Of a DNA stretch of 64,000 bases, positions 25,702-35,159 are shown piece after piece. The position numbers and the translations under genes are program-made. Source of the DNA: an uncultured Clostridia bacterium. Its GTDB lineage: Bacteria; Bacillota; Clostridia; Oscillospirales; Ruminococcaceae. Location: NCBI GenBank assembly GCA_944386045.1, contig CALWZO010000042.1, positions 32,934-96,933 on the forward strand. The letters are read 5' to 3'. Numbering within the stretch: the first letter of the stretch is position 1; each line of letters begins with the position of its first letter. Below the pieces are notes generated by a model. That model did not search any database, was not told the DNA's origin, and saw only the letters and a program-made list of their open reading frames with translations.

Positions 25702-28110
25702 ATGTACAATAATATCACTGCCAGGGATTTTGAAAGGATGATAGCCAATACCCTGGCACAGGAATATTCCACGGATATAAAAAGTGCATCTTACCGGGAT
25801 GTATACCGCGCCGCCGCGCTGAATGTGCGCGCGATTTTAAGCCGCAGACAGAAGGAGTTTATGGCACGGGCCAACGGCAGCGGTGCAAAACAGGTCTATT
25901 ATCTGTGTATAGAATTCCTTATGGGACGCAGCCTGAAAACCAACCTGTTCAATATGGGGCTGGACAAAACAGCAGAACAGGCGTTCAGGAACATGGGTAT
26001 AGACCCGGAAGACATATACGAGTGCGAGCCGGACGCCGGCCTGGGAAACGGCGGTCTGGGCAGACTGGCCGCCTGTTTTTTGGACGCCATGGCCTCTGAC
26101 GGATATGCCGGCGGCGGATATTCCATTTTGTACGAATACGGTATATTCAAACAAAAAATTGTCAACGGCTGGCAGACAGAAGAGCCCGACAACTGGCTGC
26201 CCGGGGGCAGTGTGTGGCTGAAAGCACACCCCAACCATTCTGTTGAAGTAAAATTCGGCGGCCATGTGGAAGACCTGTGGTACGACAATTATCACCACAC
26301 CATACACAAAGACTACACCAGCGTGCTGGCGGTGCCTTATGACATGTATGTTTCCGGTTACGGCGGAAAAGGTGTTTCAAAGCTGAGGCTGTGGAAGGCC
26401 AAAAGCCCCACCATCGATATGGAAAGCTTTAACCGCGGCGATTACCTGCAGGCCATCAAGTCCGGCAGTGACGCAGAACTTATTTCCAAAGTCCTGTACC
26501 CCAACGACAACCATCAGGAAGGCAAAATCCTCAGGCTGAAACAGCAGTATTTCCTGTGCTGCGCCAGCATCAACGATATTGTAAACCAGCATATGGCAAA
26601 ATACGGCAGCCTGGACAATCTGGCCGAAAAGGTGGCTATCCATATAAATGACACCCACCCGACGCTGGCCATACCGGAGCTGATGCGTGTACTGCTGGAT
26701 GACTGCGGTTTTGGCTGGGAAAAAGCCTTTGACATTGTGAAAAACACCTTTGCATACACCAACCATACAGTTCTGCCCGAAGCGCTGGAAAAATGGAACG
26801 CAAATATGTTCAAGGAAACCCTGCCCAGAATTTATGAAATTGTTGCAGAGATGAACCGCCGCGCCAGGATAGAAATGTTTGAAAAATTCCCCGGAGATGT
26901 GGGCAAGGTGGACTATATGAGCCTTATTGCAGACGGCGAGGTGCGCACTGCAAATATATGCTGCTATGTATGCCACAGCATAAACGGCGTGTCCGCCCTG
27001 CACAGTGACATAATCAAAAAGACAGTTTTCCATGATTATTATCTGTTCTGCCCGGAAAAATTTACTAATGTGACCAACGGTATAGCATACAGACGCTGGC
27101 TGCTGCAGTCCAACCCCAGGCTGTGCCGGTTCCTGGACGAAAAAATAGGCACCGGGTATAAAGCCGATGCTTTCCGGCTGAAAGAACTGGAAAAATACGC
27201 CGATGACAAGCGGACAATAGAACAGCTGCTGGACATAAAACAGAAAAACAAGCAGGATTTTGCCAAATATATACTGGATAAAACCGGCGAAAGCATAAAC
27301 CCCGATTCCATATTTGATGTACAGGTAAAACGCCTGCACGAATACAAAAGACAGCATCTGAACGCGCTGAACATAATCAGCGAATATCTGTATATAAAAC
27401 AGAACCCCAATGCCCCATTTGTGCCAAAGACATATATCTTTGGTGCCAAGGCAGCGGCAGGATATTATATGGCAAAGCAGATTATACGCCTGATTTTCTC
27501 CATCAAAAAGCTGGTTGAAAACGACCCGGACACCAAAGACAAACTGCATGTGGTATACCTGGAAAACTATTCCGTGTCCATAAGCGAGCGCCTGATGCCT
27601 GCCAGCGAGATAAGCGAACAGATTTCCCTTGCCGGCACAGAGGCTTCCGGCACCGGAAACATGAAATTTATGATAAACGGTGCTGTTACCCTGGGCACCT
27701 ATGACGGCGCAAACATAGAGATAAAACAAAGCTGCGGAGCAGACAACTTTGTGCAGTTCGGCATGGTAACCGAAGAAGTGAACCGGCTGAGAAAACGGGG
27801 ATATAACCCCAAGTCCTTTATATCCGCCAACAAAACTTTGCAGGATGTGATATCCTTTATGGAAAAAGGTATCGCCGGCGACTATTTCCCCGAAATACTT
27901 GATAACCTTATAAATGTTGACCCGTACATGGTCATGGCGGACTTTGACGCCTACCACCGGGCACAGATGAAAATCAGCAGCCTGTACACCGACAGGCTGA
28001 CCTTCGGAAAAATGTGCCTGATGAACATTGCCAACGCCGGAATGTTCTCTGCCGACAGGGCCATTGATGACTATGCCCAAAAAATCTGGCACCTGTCAAA
28101 AGTGAGATAA
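25702..28110 (+). CDS. glgP: glycogen/maltodextrin phosphorylase
   Basis: PLP-lysine motif EASGTGNMKFMINGA, about 800 aa. ATG 25702 lies 8 nt after AAAGGGG. The ORF track starts at 25681. Confidence 0.95.
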   Translation: MYNNITARDFERMIANTLAQEYSTDIKSASYRDVYRAAALNVRAILSRRQKEFMARANGSGAKQVYYLCIEFLMGRSLKTNLFNMGLDKTAEQAFRNMGIDPEDIYECEPDAGLGNGGLGRLAACFLDAMASDGYAGGGYSILYEYGIFKQKIVNGWQTEEPDNWLPGGSVWLKAHPNHSVEVKFGGHVEDLWYDNYHHTIHKDYTSVLAVPYDMYVSGYGGKGVSKLRLWKAKSPTIDMESFNRGDYLQAIKSGSDAELISKVLYPNDNHQEGKILRLKQQYFLCCASINDIVNQHMAKYGSLDNLAEKVAIHINDTHPTLAIPELMRVLLDDCGFGWEKAFDIVKNTFAYTNHTVLPEALEKWNANMFKETLPRIYEIVAEMNRRARIEMFEKFPGDVGKVDYMSLIADGEVRTANICCYVCHSINGVSALHSDIIKKTVFHDYYLFCPEKFTNVTNGIAYRRWLLQSNPRLCRFLDEKIGTGYKADAFRLKELEKYADDKRTIEQLLDIKQKNKQDFAKYILDKTGESINPDSIFDVQVKRLHEYKRQHLNALNIISEYLYIKQNPNAPFVPKTYIFGAKAAAGYYMAKQIIRLIFSIKKLVENDPDTKDKLHVVYLENYSVSISERLMPASEISEQISLAGTEASGTGNMKFMINGAVTLGTYDGANIEIKQSCGADNFVQFGMVTEEVNRLRKRGYNPKSFISANKTLQDVISFMEKGIAGDYFPEILDNLINVDPYMVMADFDAYHRAQMKISSLYTDRLTFGKMCLMNIANAGMFSADRAIDDYAQKIWHLSKVR

Positions 28111-28113
28111 CCC

Positions 28114-29892
28114 ATGCTTTATTTCAACAGCAGGGATACAATGTGCAAATATCCTTTCGGTGCCGTGAAACAGGGAGAAAACACCGTATTTAAAATAAAG
28201 TGTGACGGTCAGATTTCAGATGCCGTAATGTGCCTGAAAAAAGACGGCGAAGAGGAAATCAGAATACCGCTGAAATTTGAAAATGCAGGCGGAGGCCACT
28301 GCTTTTTCGGCACCGAATATACCTTTACCCGTCCGGGGCTGTATTTTTACTGCTTTCAGTTTGAAAACGGAAGATACGGCCTGTATAAAGACCAAAACGG
28401 CAGCGGAAATGTGTCAGAAAGCGGCGAATGGTTTATACAATTTGTATATTCTCAAGATTTTACTACGCCAAGTAAATTCAAAGGCGGTGTTATGTATCAG
28501 ATTTTCCCCGACAGATTTTTTGAAGGGAGAAAAAAAGAAGCTCTGTCTTTTCCCGACCGTGTTTACCGCGCCGACAAAGACGGACTGCCTTTTTACGGAA
28601 AGGATATAAACACCGATTACTTTGGCGGAGACCTGGCCGGCATAGCCGAAAAACTGGAATACCTGAAATCTTTGAATATAAACTGCATATATTTGAACCC
28701 GGTTTTCCGGGCCCATTCCAACCACCGCTACAACACCGCCGACTATATGGAAATCGACCCCGATTTGGGCAGCGAGGAAGACTTCAGGCTGCTGTGCGAA
28801 AAGTCTCACAGCCTGGGCATCAGCGTGATACTGGACGGCGTGTTCAGCCACACCGGTTCTGACAGCATATATTTCAACAAAGAAAAGCGATACGGCAATG
28901 ACGGCGCTTTCAATAATCCTGACAGTCCCTACCGCCGCTGGTATGATTTTTCCCAAAAGTACAGCTGCGGATATCGCGCCTGGTGGGGTTTTGAAACCTT
29001 GCCGGAGGTAAACGAAAGCGATGAAAGTTATATCAATTTCATCTGCGGCGAAAACGGTGTCATACAGCACTGGCTGACAGCCGGAGCCGACGGCATAAGG
29101 CTGGATGTTGCCGACGAACTGCCTGATGAATTTATCAGACAAATACGCCGCGCAGTAAAGCGGTGCGGCCGGGACAAACTGCTGATAGGCGAAGTCTGGG
29201 AAGATGCAAGCACAAAAATCAGCTTTGGAAACAGGCGTCATTTTTTATACGGTGATGAACTGGACAGCGTTATGAACTATCCTTTCCGCAATGCGGTGCT
29301 GGATTTTGTCAGAAACGGTGACGGGGCAAAATTTTCACAGCGGATTTTCTCCATATACGAAAACTATCCCAAACCGGCTTTGGACTGTGCCTGGAACAGC
29401 CTGTCCACCCACGACACTCCCAGGGCAATTACAGCGCTGTGCGGGAAAAGCCCGGACAACTCTGACCGAAACTGGCAAAGCCGGCAGAAGCTGGAAGGCC
29501 GGCAGCTGGAAAAAGGCAAAAAAATGCTGTTATGCGCCTATGCGCTGATGTTTGGTCTGCCCGGCACACCATGTATATATTACGGTGATGAAATTGCCAT
29601 GCAGGGCTACCGAGACCCATTCAACCGCGGATATTTCCGCTGGTGGGATATGGATGGATATACCTTGTCTGGCATACAGCAGCTGGCGCGGTTCCGCACA
29701 TCTCATCCCATATATGCCGACGGAGCTTTACATTTTGTATATGCAGATTTTGACTGTGTCGCCTTTGTCCGTTTCAAAGACGGCGAAGAAGTGCTGACAG
29801 CGGTAAACCGCGGAGATAAAGAAATATCTTTCTGCTACAAAGACAGGACTTTCTGCCTGCCTGCGATGAGTTATATAAATGACGATATATAA
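28114..29892 (+). CDS. GH13 alpha-glucosidase of neopullulanase/cyclomaltodextrinase type
   Basis: GH13 regions I (VILDGVFSH), II (GADGIRLDVADEL), III (IGEVWE) and IV (LSTHDTPR). It starts 3 nt after the glgP stop. Confidence 0.85.
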   Translation: MLYFNSRDTMCKYPFGAVKQGENTVFKIKCDGQISDAVMCLKKDGEEEIRIPLKFENAGGGHCFFGTEYTFTRPGLYFYCFQFENGRYGLYKDQNGSGNVSESGEWFIQFVYSQDFTTPSKFKGGVMYQIFPDRFFEGRKKEALSFPDRVYRADKDGLPFYGKDINTDYFGGDLAGIAEKLEYLKSLNINCIYLNPVFRAHSNHRYNTADYMEIDPDLGSEEDFRLLCEKSHSLGISVILDGVFSHTGSDSIYFNKEKRYGNDGAFNNPDSPYRRWYDFSQKYSCGYRAWWGFETLPEVNESDESYINFICGENGVIQHWLTAGADGIRLDVADELPDEFIRQIRRAVKRCGRDKLLIGEVWEDASTKISFGNRRHFLYGDELDSVMNYPFRNAVLDFVRNGDGAKFSQRIFSIYENYPKPALDCAWNSLSTHDTPRAITALCGKSPDNSDRNWQSRQKLEGRQLEKGKKMLLCAYALMFGLPGTPCIYYGDEIAMQGYRDPFNRGYFRWWDMDGYTLSGIQQLARFRTSHPIYADGALHFVYADFDCVAFVRFKDGEEVLTAVNRGDKEISFCYKDRTFCLPAMSYINDDI

Positions 29893-29932
29893 AATCAAGC
29901 CTTTCCGAAACAGGAAAGGCTTGATTTTTTAT
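29891..29932. terminator. bidirectional intrinsic terminator between GH13 and the M15 peptidase gene
   Basis: 14-bp stem AATCAAGCCTTTCC/GGAAAGGCTTGATT flanked by an A-run and a T-run. Confidence 0.85.
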
Positions 29933-29940
29933 TATATCTG

Positions 29941-30618
29941 TCAGTTGATTGTTGTGGAAGTTTTTCCGTTGCCTTTCACAAGGCTTGTCAGTTTGTTCCA
30001 GGTGGCACATCCGCATATTCCGTCCCTGGTAAGGCCATAGTCACCCTGGAAATTCTTTACCGCTGTTTCGCTGGCGGCGCCGAATATTCCGTCCAGCCCT
30101 GCGGTGGAATAACCCAGCGTGTTCAGGCAGTCCTGCATAACCAGAACATACACCCCTTTGGAGCCGCGGCGCAAGGTGGTGTATCCGGTGCTGCACGCCG
30201 GGGTGCCGTATCTGCGATCCATGTGCACCCATGTGGGTGTCAATGACAGCGGTTCCACATATCCCCATACACCCAGGTCAGTGGCTATGGTATGTATCCT
30301 CTGCCTTTGGGCCGATGTCAGGCTTTGCCCCACATCAAAGGACACACCCGCGTAATGCTGGCTCATCAGGCCGTGGCCGCCCTCCCATATTCTTTTGAAC
30401 GCATACCTGAACGGTATCGGCGCATTGTATGCAGAACGGGTGGAATTCCAGGACTGCATCGCCTGCCTTGTGGTCCACAATGTGGGGCTGTTGGAGGAAC
30501 CGCGGAATTCCCTCACCTTCATTGTTCCGCCGGTATTATAAGGCATATTTTCGCTTTCCTCGCGCCAGAATGTTTCCAGCACACCGTTGCTTGTATTATA
30601 AACTATTATTTTAGCCAT
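29941..30618 (-). CDS. LAS-family (peptidase M15-like) zinc peptidase with a C-terminal PG_binding_1 domain; no signal peptide
   Basis: SQHYAGVSFD (SxHxxGxAxD-like) and TWVHMD metal-ligand motifs. C-terminal VKNFQGDYGLTRDGICGCATWNKL peptidoglycan-binding repeat. The N-terminus MAKIIVYNTSNG is not hydrophobic. Confidence 0.7.
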   Translation of the reverse strand: MAKIIVYNTSNGVLETFWREESENMPYNTGGTMKVREFRGSSNSPTLWTTRQAMQSWNSTRSAYNAPIPFRYAFKRIWEGGHGLMSQHYAGVSFDVGQSLTSAQRQRIHTIATDLGVWGYVEPLSLTPTWVHMDRRYGTPACSTGYTTLRRGSKGVYVLVMQDCLNTLGYSTAGLDGIFGAASETAVKNFQGDYGLTRDGICGCATWNKLTSLVKGNGKTSTTIN

Positions 30619-30788
30619 TTTATCACCCTTTCATTTTATTTCAGTCGCTTTAAAAGCGTCTACCCTTATTATATGTCTGCCCTGGTCATCAGGACACTTG
30701 CAGCTGTTTATATTTTGTTAAAAATTTAACATATTGCACAACAACCGGTGCTGTTTTTGTGTGATTGACACGAAAGTTTAATAATTTC

Positions 30789-30817
30789 TTGAATTAAACC
30801 TGTCAATTATATATAAT
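30789..30817 (+). promoter_or_regulatory. sigma-A promoter of pgk-tpiA-gpmI (TTGAAT-17-TATAAT)
   Basis: Read directly. About 30 nt upstream of the pgk ATG. Confidence 0.55.
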
Positions 30818-30848
30818 ATAGTTAATAACCATAAAGGAGATAATCATT

Positions 30849-32039
30849 ATGACCGGATTGGGCAAAAAAACAGTTGAAGATATCGATGTAAAAGGCAAAA
30901 CCTGTTTGGTAAGATGTGATTTCAATGTGCCTGTAAAGGACGGCGTTATCACTGATGACAAAAGAATACGAGAGGCTTTGAAAACAATAAAATATCTGAA
31001 AGCTCAGGGAGCAAAGCAGATTTTGTGTTCCCACATGGGCAGGCCAAAGGGCGAAGTAAATATGAAATACTCTTTGCAGCCTGTTCAGAAGAGACTGCGG
31101 GAACTGCTGGACTGTGATGTTATAATGGCATCAGATGTTATCGGCCCTGACGCCAAGGCAAAAGCCGCCGCACTGAAGGACGGCGATATAATGCTGCTGG
31201 AAAACCTGCGTTTCCACAAGGAAGAAGAAAAAAATGACCCGGACTTTGCCAAAGAACTGGCCGGCATGGCTGAAATTTATGTAAACGACGCCTTCGGAAC
31301 AGCACACCGCGCCCACGCATCCACTGCCGGTGTGGCTGATTATCTGCCGGCTGTCTGCGGATACCTTATCCAAAAAGAAATCGAGATTATGGGTACAGCG
31401 CTGGAAAACCCCAAACGCCCGTTTGTGGCAATTTTGGGCGGCGCCAAAGTCAGCGACAAAATAGGTGTTATCGAAAACCTGGCAGACAAGGTGGACACAC
31501 TGATAATCGGCGGCGGTATGGCCTATACATTTATAAAGGCAAAGGGCGGCCGGATAGGCGCTTCCCTGTGCGAAGAGGACAAACTGGAACTGGCTGTACG
31601 GCTTATGGAAAAAGCACGGGAAAAGAATGTCAAATTCCTTTTGCCGGCTGACAGCGTAATCGGCGACGAATTTAAAGAAGGCTGCAAAGTGCGGACAGCT
31701 GACAGCGACAAAATACCTGACGGCTGGATGGGTATGGACATCGGCGAAAGGGCTGTGCGGGAATATACACGGGCTATAAAAGGTGCCGGAACAGTTGTCT
31801 GGAACGGTCCTATGGGCGTGTTTGAAATGCCTGACTTTGCCCGGGGTACAAAGGCAATAGCAAAAGCTGTTGCCGAAAGCGGTGCTATTTCCATAATAGG
31901 CGGCGGTGACAGTGCAGCGGCAGTGGAACAGCTGGGCTTTGCGGATAAAATGACCCATATTTCCACCGGCGGCGGTGCCTCCTTGGAATTCCTGGAAGGT
32001 CTGGAACTGCCCGGTATAGCAGCATTGAACGACAAATAA
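30849..32039 (+). CDS. pgk: phosphoglycerate kinase
   Basis: [15 protein letters not shown] and GGGDSAAAV motifs. Confidence 0.95.
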   Translation: MTGLGKKTVEDIDVKGKTCLVRCDFNVPVKDGVITDDKRIREALKTIKYLKAQGAKQILCSHMGRPKGEVNMKYSLQPVQKRLRELLDCDVIMASDVIGPDAKAKAAALKDGDIMLLENLRFHKEEEKNDPDFAKELAGMAEIYVNDAFGTAHRAHASTAGVADYLPAVCGYLIQKEIEIMGTALENPKRPFVAILGGAKVSDKIGVIENLADKVDTLIIGGGMAYTFIKAKGGRIGASLCEEDKLELAVRLMEKAREKNVKFLLPADSVIGDEFKEGCKVRTADSDKIPDGWMGMDIGERAVREYTRAIKGAGTVVWNGPMGVFEMPDFARGTKAIAKAVAESGAISIIGGGDSAAAVEQLGFADKMTHISTGGGASLEFLEGLELPGIAALNDK

Positions 32040-32051
32040 AAACAAACAGCA

Positions 32052-32078
32052 AGGCGGCGGTTATGCCGCTTTGTTTTT
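32052..32078 (+). terminator. weak terminator or attenuator hairpin between pgk and tpiA
   Basis: GCGGC/GCCGC stem (extendable by G-U and A-U pairs) followed by TTGTTTTT, 20 nt before the tpiA ATG. Confidence 0.4.
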
Positions 32079-32097
32079 ACAGCCACAAGGAGCAGAT

Positions 32098-32862
32098 ATG
32101 AACAAAGAAAAAAGAAGAGTTGTTATTGCAGGAAACTGGAAAATGAACAAAAACGCCCGGGAAACCCGGACAGTCCTGGAACAGATGAAAAATATATCTG
32201 TACCGGAAAAAGTTGATGTGGTTTTTTGTGTGCCTGCAATAAATATACCCGTTGCGGCAAAGGAGGCCGCCGGCAGTAAAATATCCATAGGAGCACAAAA
32301 TTGCCACTGGGAAAAAAGCGGAGCTTTTACCGGTGAAATCAGCGCCGATATGCTGAAATATTACGGCGTCGGCTACTCTATTGTAGGACACAGCGAAAGA
32401 AGACAGTATTTTGGCGAAAGCGATGAAACCGTGAACAAACGCGCTGCTGCCTGCCTTGAAAACGGTATATGTCCCATTATATGTGTAGGTGAAAACCTTC
32501 GGCAGAGAGAAAACGGAACCACAAAAGATGTTATACGGCAACAAGTTCGCGGTGCTGTAAAAGGCTTTACACAGCGGCAGATGGCCGGCTGTATAATTGC
32601 GTACGAACCGGTATGGGCCATAGGCACCGGCAAGACAGCCACCGCACGGCAAGCCCAGGAGGTCTGCGCATATATCAGACAACTGATTTCGGAAATATTC
32701 GGCCGGCAGGCAGCCGAGGGCCTGACAATACAATACGGCGGTTCGATGAATGCAGAAAACGCCAAGCAACTGCTGTCCATGGAAGATATTGACGGCGGAC
32801 TTATCGGCGGCGCGTCATTGAAAGCCGAAGATTTTGAAAAAATAGTAGCAAGCGCGCAGTGA
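32098..32862 (+). CDS. tpiA: triose-phosphate isomerase
   Basis: AGNWKMN, VGHSERR and AYEPVWAIGTG motifs. ATG 32098 follows AAGGAG. Confidence 0.95.
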   Translation: MNKEKRRVVIAGNWKMNKNARETRTVLEQMKNISVPEKVDVVFCVPAINIPVAAKEAAGSKISIGAQNCHWEKSGAFTGEISADMLKYYGVGYSIVGHSERRQYFGESDETVNKRAAACLENGICPIICVGENLRQRENGTTKDVIRQQVRGAVKGFTQRQMAGCIIAYEPVWAIGTGKTATARQAQEVCAYIRQLISEIFGRQAAEGLTIQYGGSMNAENAKQLLSMEDIDGGLIGGASLKAEDFEKIVASAQ

Positions 32863-32870
32863 GGTGAAAT

Positions 32871-34403
32871 ATGAAAAGACCTTTGGTTTTATGTATACTG
32901 GACGGCTTTGCTTTTTCCGACCGGGAAAAAGGCAATGCCATAAAAGCGGCCAAAACGCCTAACCTGGACAGAATATTCCGGGAATATCCCACCACTACCC
33001 TGGGTGCCAGCGGTATGGATGTGGGCCTGCCGGAAGGCCAGATGGGCAACAGCGAAGTGGGACACACCAATATCGGCGCCGGCAGAATTGTATATCAGGA
33101 ACTGACCAGGATAACCAAATCCATACAGGACGGCGATTTTTTTGAAAACCCGGCTTTGAAGCAGGCCATTCTTCATGCGGCGGAAACCGGCAAGGCCGTG
33201 CATATTATGGGCCTTATGTCCGACGGCGGAGTGCACAGCCATATAGAGCACTGTTTTGCATTGATTGATATGTGTGCCCGGCTGAAAGCGAAAAAAGTAT
33301 ATGTTCATGCTTTTATGGACGGGCGCGATGTCAGCCCCACTTCCGGAGCCGAATATATCAGCCGCCTTTTGCAGCACATGGAAAAGGCCGGTGTCGGTAA
33401 ACTGGCCACCGTCAGCGGCAGATATTATGCCATGGACAGGGACAACCGCTGGGACAGGATAGAAAAAGCCTATGACGCCATGGTGCTGGGAAAAGCCGAT
33501 ATTGCCTCAGACCCGGTGTCACAGATAAATGATTTTTACAGTCAGGATATTACAGACGAGTTTATCCCCCCATTTATAACCGACAAATACGGAATGATCG
33601 ACGACGGCGACAGCATAATATTTTTCAACTTCCGCCCCGACCGCGCAAGGCAGATAACCAGAAGCCTTGTGGATGGCAAGTTTGACGGTTTTGTAAGGAA
33701 AAAGGAATTGTCCGGGCTGGATTATGTATGCTTTACCCAGTATGACGCATCTATGCCCAATGTGCAGGTTGCATTCAAGCCCCAGAGCCTGACAAACACC
33801 TTTGGCGAATATATCGCCGAAAAAGAATTCAGCCAGCTGAGGATTGCAGAAACAGAAAAATACGCCCATGTCACATTTTTCTTCAACGGCGGTGTGGAAG
33901 CGGCCTGTGAGTATGAGGACAGGGTGCTTATTCCCTCTCCCAAGGTCAGCACCTACGACCTGCGGCCGCAGATGAGCGCTGTGCAGGTGACAGATGAGCT
34001 GCTGAAGCGAATTGACAGCGGCAAATACGATGTAATTATCCTGAACTATGCCAACTGCGATATGGTAGGCCACACCGGTATATTTGACGCCGCGGTAAAA
34101 GCGGTGGAAACTGTGGACGAATGTGTGGGCAGGCTGTATGACAAGATAATACAGGAAAACGGCGTGCTTATTATAACTGCTGACCACGGCAATGCCGACA
34201 GAATGGTTGCCGACGACGGCAGTGCCTTTACTGCACACACTACAAACCCTGTCCCGTTCTGCATAGTAAACTACCCCTGCTCCCTGCGTTCGGGCGGAGT
34301 TTTGGCGGATATAGCGCCCACCATGCTGAAAATCATGGATGTAAAACAGCCGTCTGAAATGACAGGCAAAAGCCTGATACAGTTTGCCTGCTTTAATTGT
34401 TAA
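32871..34403 (+). CDS. gpmI: 2,3-bisphosphoglycerate-independent phosphoglycerate mutase
   Basis: LCILDGF, NSEVGH and ITADHGNA motifs, 510 aa. Confidence 0.95.
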   Translation: MKRPLVLCILDGFAFSDREKGNAIKAAKTPNLDRIFREYPTTTLGASGMDVGLPEGQMGNSEVGHTNIGAGRIVYQELTRITKSIQDGDFFENPALKQAILHAAETGKAVHIMGLMSDGGVHSHIEHCFALIDMCARLKAKKVYVHAFMDGRDVSPTSGAEYISRLLQHMEKAGVGKLATVSGRYYAMDRDNRWDRIEKAYDAMVLGKADIASDPVSQINDFYSQDITDEFIPPFITDKYGMIDDGDSIIFFNFRPDRARQITRSLVDGKFDGFVRKKELSGLDYVCFTQYDASMPNVQVAFKPQSLTNTFGEYIAEKEFSQLRIAETEKYAHVTFFFNGGVEAACEYEDRVLIPSPKVSTYDLRPQMSAVQVTDELLKRIDSGKYDVIILNYANCDMVGHTGIFDAAVKAVETVDECVGRLYDKIIQENGVLIITADHGNADRMVADDGSAFTAHTTNPVPFCIVNYPCSLRSGGVLADIAPTMLKIMDVKQPSEMTGKSLIQFACFNC

Positions 34404-34411
34404 TAAAAAAT

Positions 34412-34440
34412 AATCCCCCGGTCTTCCGGGGGATTTTATA
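34412..34440 (+). terminator. intrinsic terminator after gpmI
   Basis: AATCCCCCGG/CCGGGGGATT stem followed by TTT. Confidence 0.8.
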
Positions 34441-34536
34441 TTAACAAAAATTTAACATTATTCATATTTCAGAAATATATATATCTTAACATTTGTAATG
34501 TATTATATTTATAAAAGAATTTCGGGAGTATGAAGT

Positions 34537-35096
34537 ATGAAAAAACAGGACAAAACAATGCAGTTGGTGTTGACTGCGCTTATGACCAGCCTGGTGCTGG
34601 TAACAACCATGACCATAAAAATCCCCAGCCCTTTCACACAGGGGTATGTGCACCTTGGCGACACTATGATTTTTCTTTCTGTACTTATGCTTGGGAAAAA
34701 CCGCGGCGCTGTTGCATCCGGAGTGGGATCGCGGCTGGCCGATATACTGGGTGGATATACAGCTTATGCACCCCGGACACTGGTCATTAAATTTTTTATG
34801 GCTTACATAATGGGGCGGTTTGCAGATTTTTCGGCTGCAAAAACCGTCCGGAAAAAGCATGCAGCTTCAGCAGCCGAGGTAATGGGCATGGTGCTGGGAG
34901 GAACCTGGATGGTTTTGGGATATGCGCTGACAGACGGCTTTTTGCCGGTAATTTCTTTGCAGGGTTCCTGGGCGCCCCGTTCAATATAGGTCAGTTTGCT
35001 GTCGGCATGGTTTTGGCCGTTGTGTGCAGCACTGTACTGCAAAAAACACCCATGAAACAGTTCTTTTACCATAAAGAAGCCCATGCAGAAAAATGA
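34537..35096 (+). pseudogene. ECF transporter S-component interrupted by a 1-nt frameshift in a T-run (or an assembly error)
   Basis: Frame 1 ends ..LTDGFLPVISLQGSWAPRSI* at 34989. The frame shifted at GGCTTTTTGCC (34938-34946) continues AGNFFAGFLGAPFNIGQFAVGMVLAVVCSTVLQK..* to 35096, a typical last TM helix, and is followed by a terminator. Confidence 0.65.
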
Positions 35097-35127
35097 CACC
35101 GAGCTACAGAGCCGGATATATGATAAT

Positions 35128-35159
35128 AAAAAACGACGGAAATTATTCCGCCGTTTTTA
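35128..35159. terminator. bidirectional terminator between the ECF S pseudogene and degV paralog 2
   Basis: ACGACGGAA/TTCCGCCGT stem (A-C mismatch on plus, G-U pair on minus) flanked by an A-run and a T-run. Confidence 0.7.

Noticed and set aside
29941-30618. The M15/PG-binding gene was considered as evidence of a prophage remnant.
   Set aside because: There is no integrase, holin, terminase, structural gene or att-like repeat within the flanking 10 kb. I kept it as an orphan lytic-enzyme finding, not as a mobile element.
34803-35099. A 98-aa minus-strand ORF lies downstream of the truncated ECF S gene.
   Set aside because: The plus strand of the same region, in the shifted frame, encodes the natural hydrophobic C-terminus of the S-component. 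The minus ORF is its shadow.
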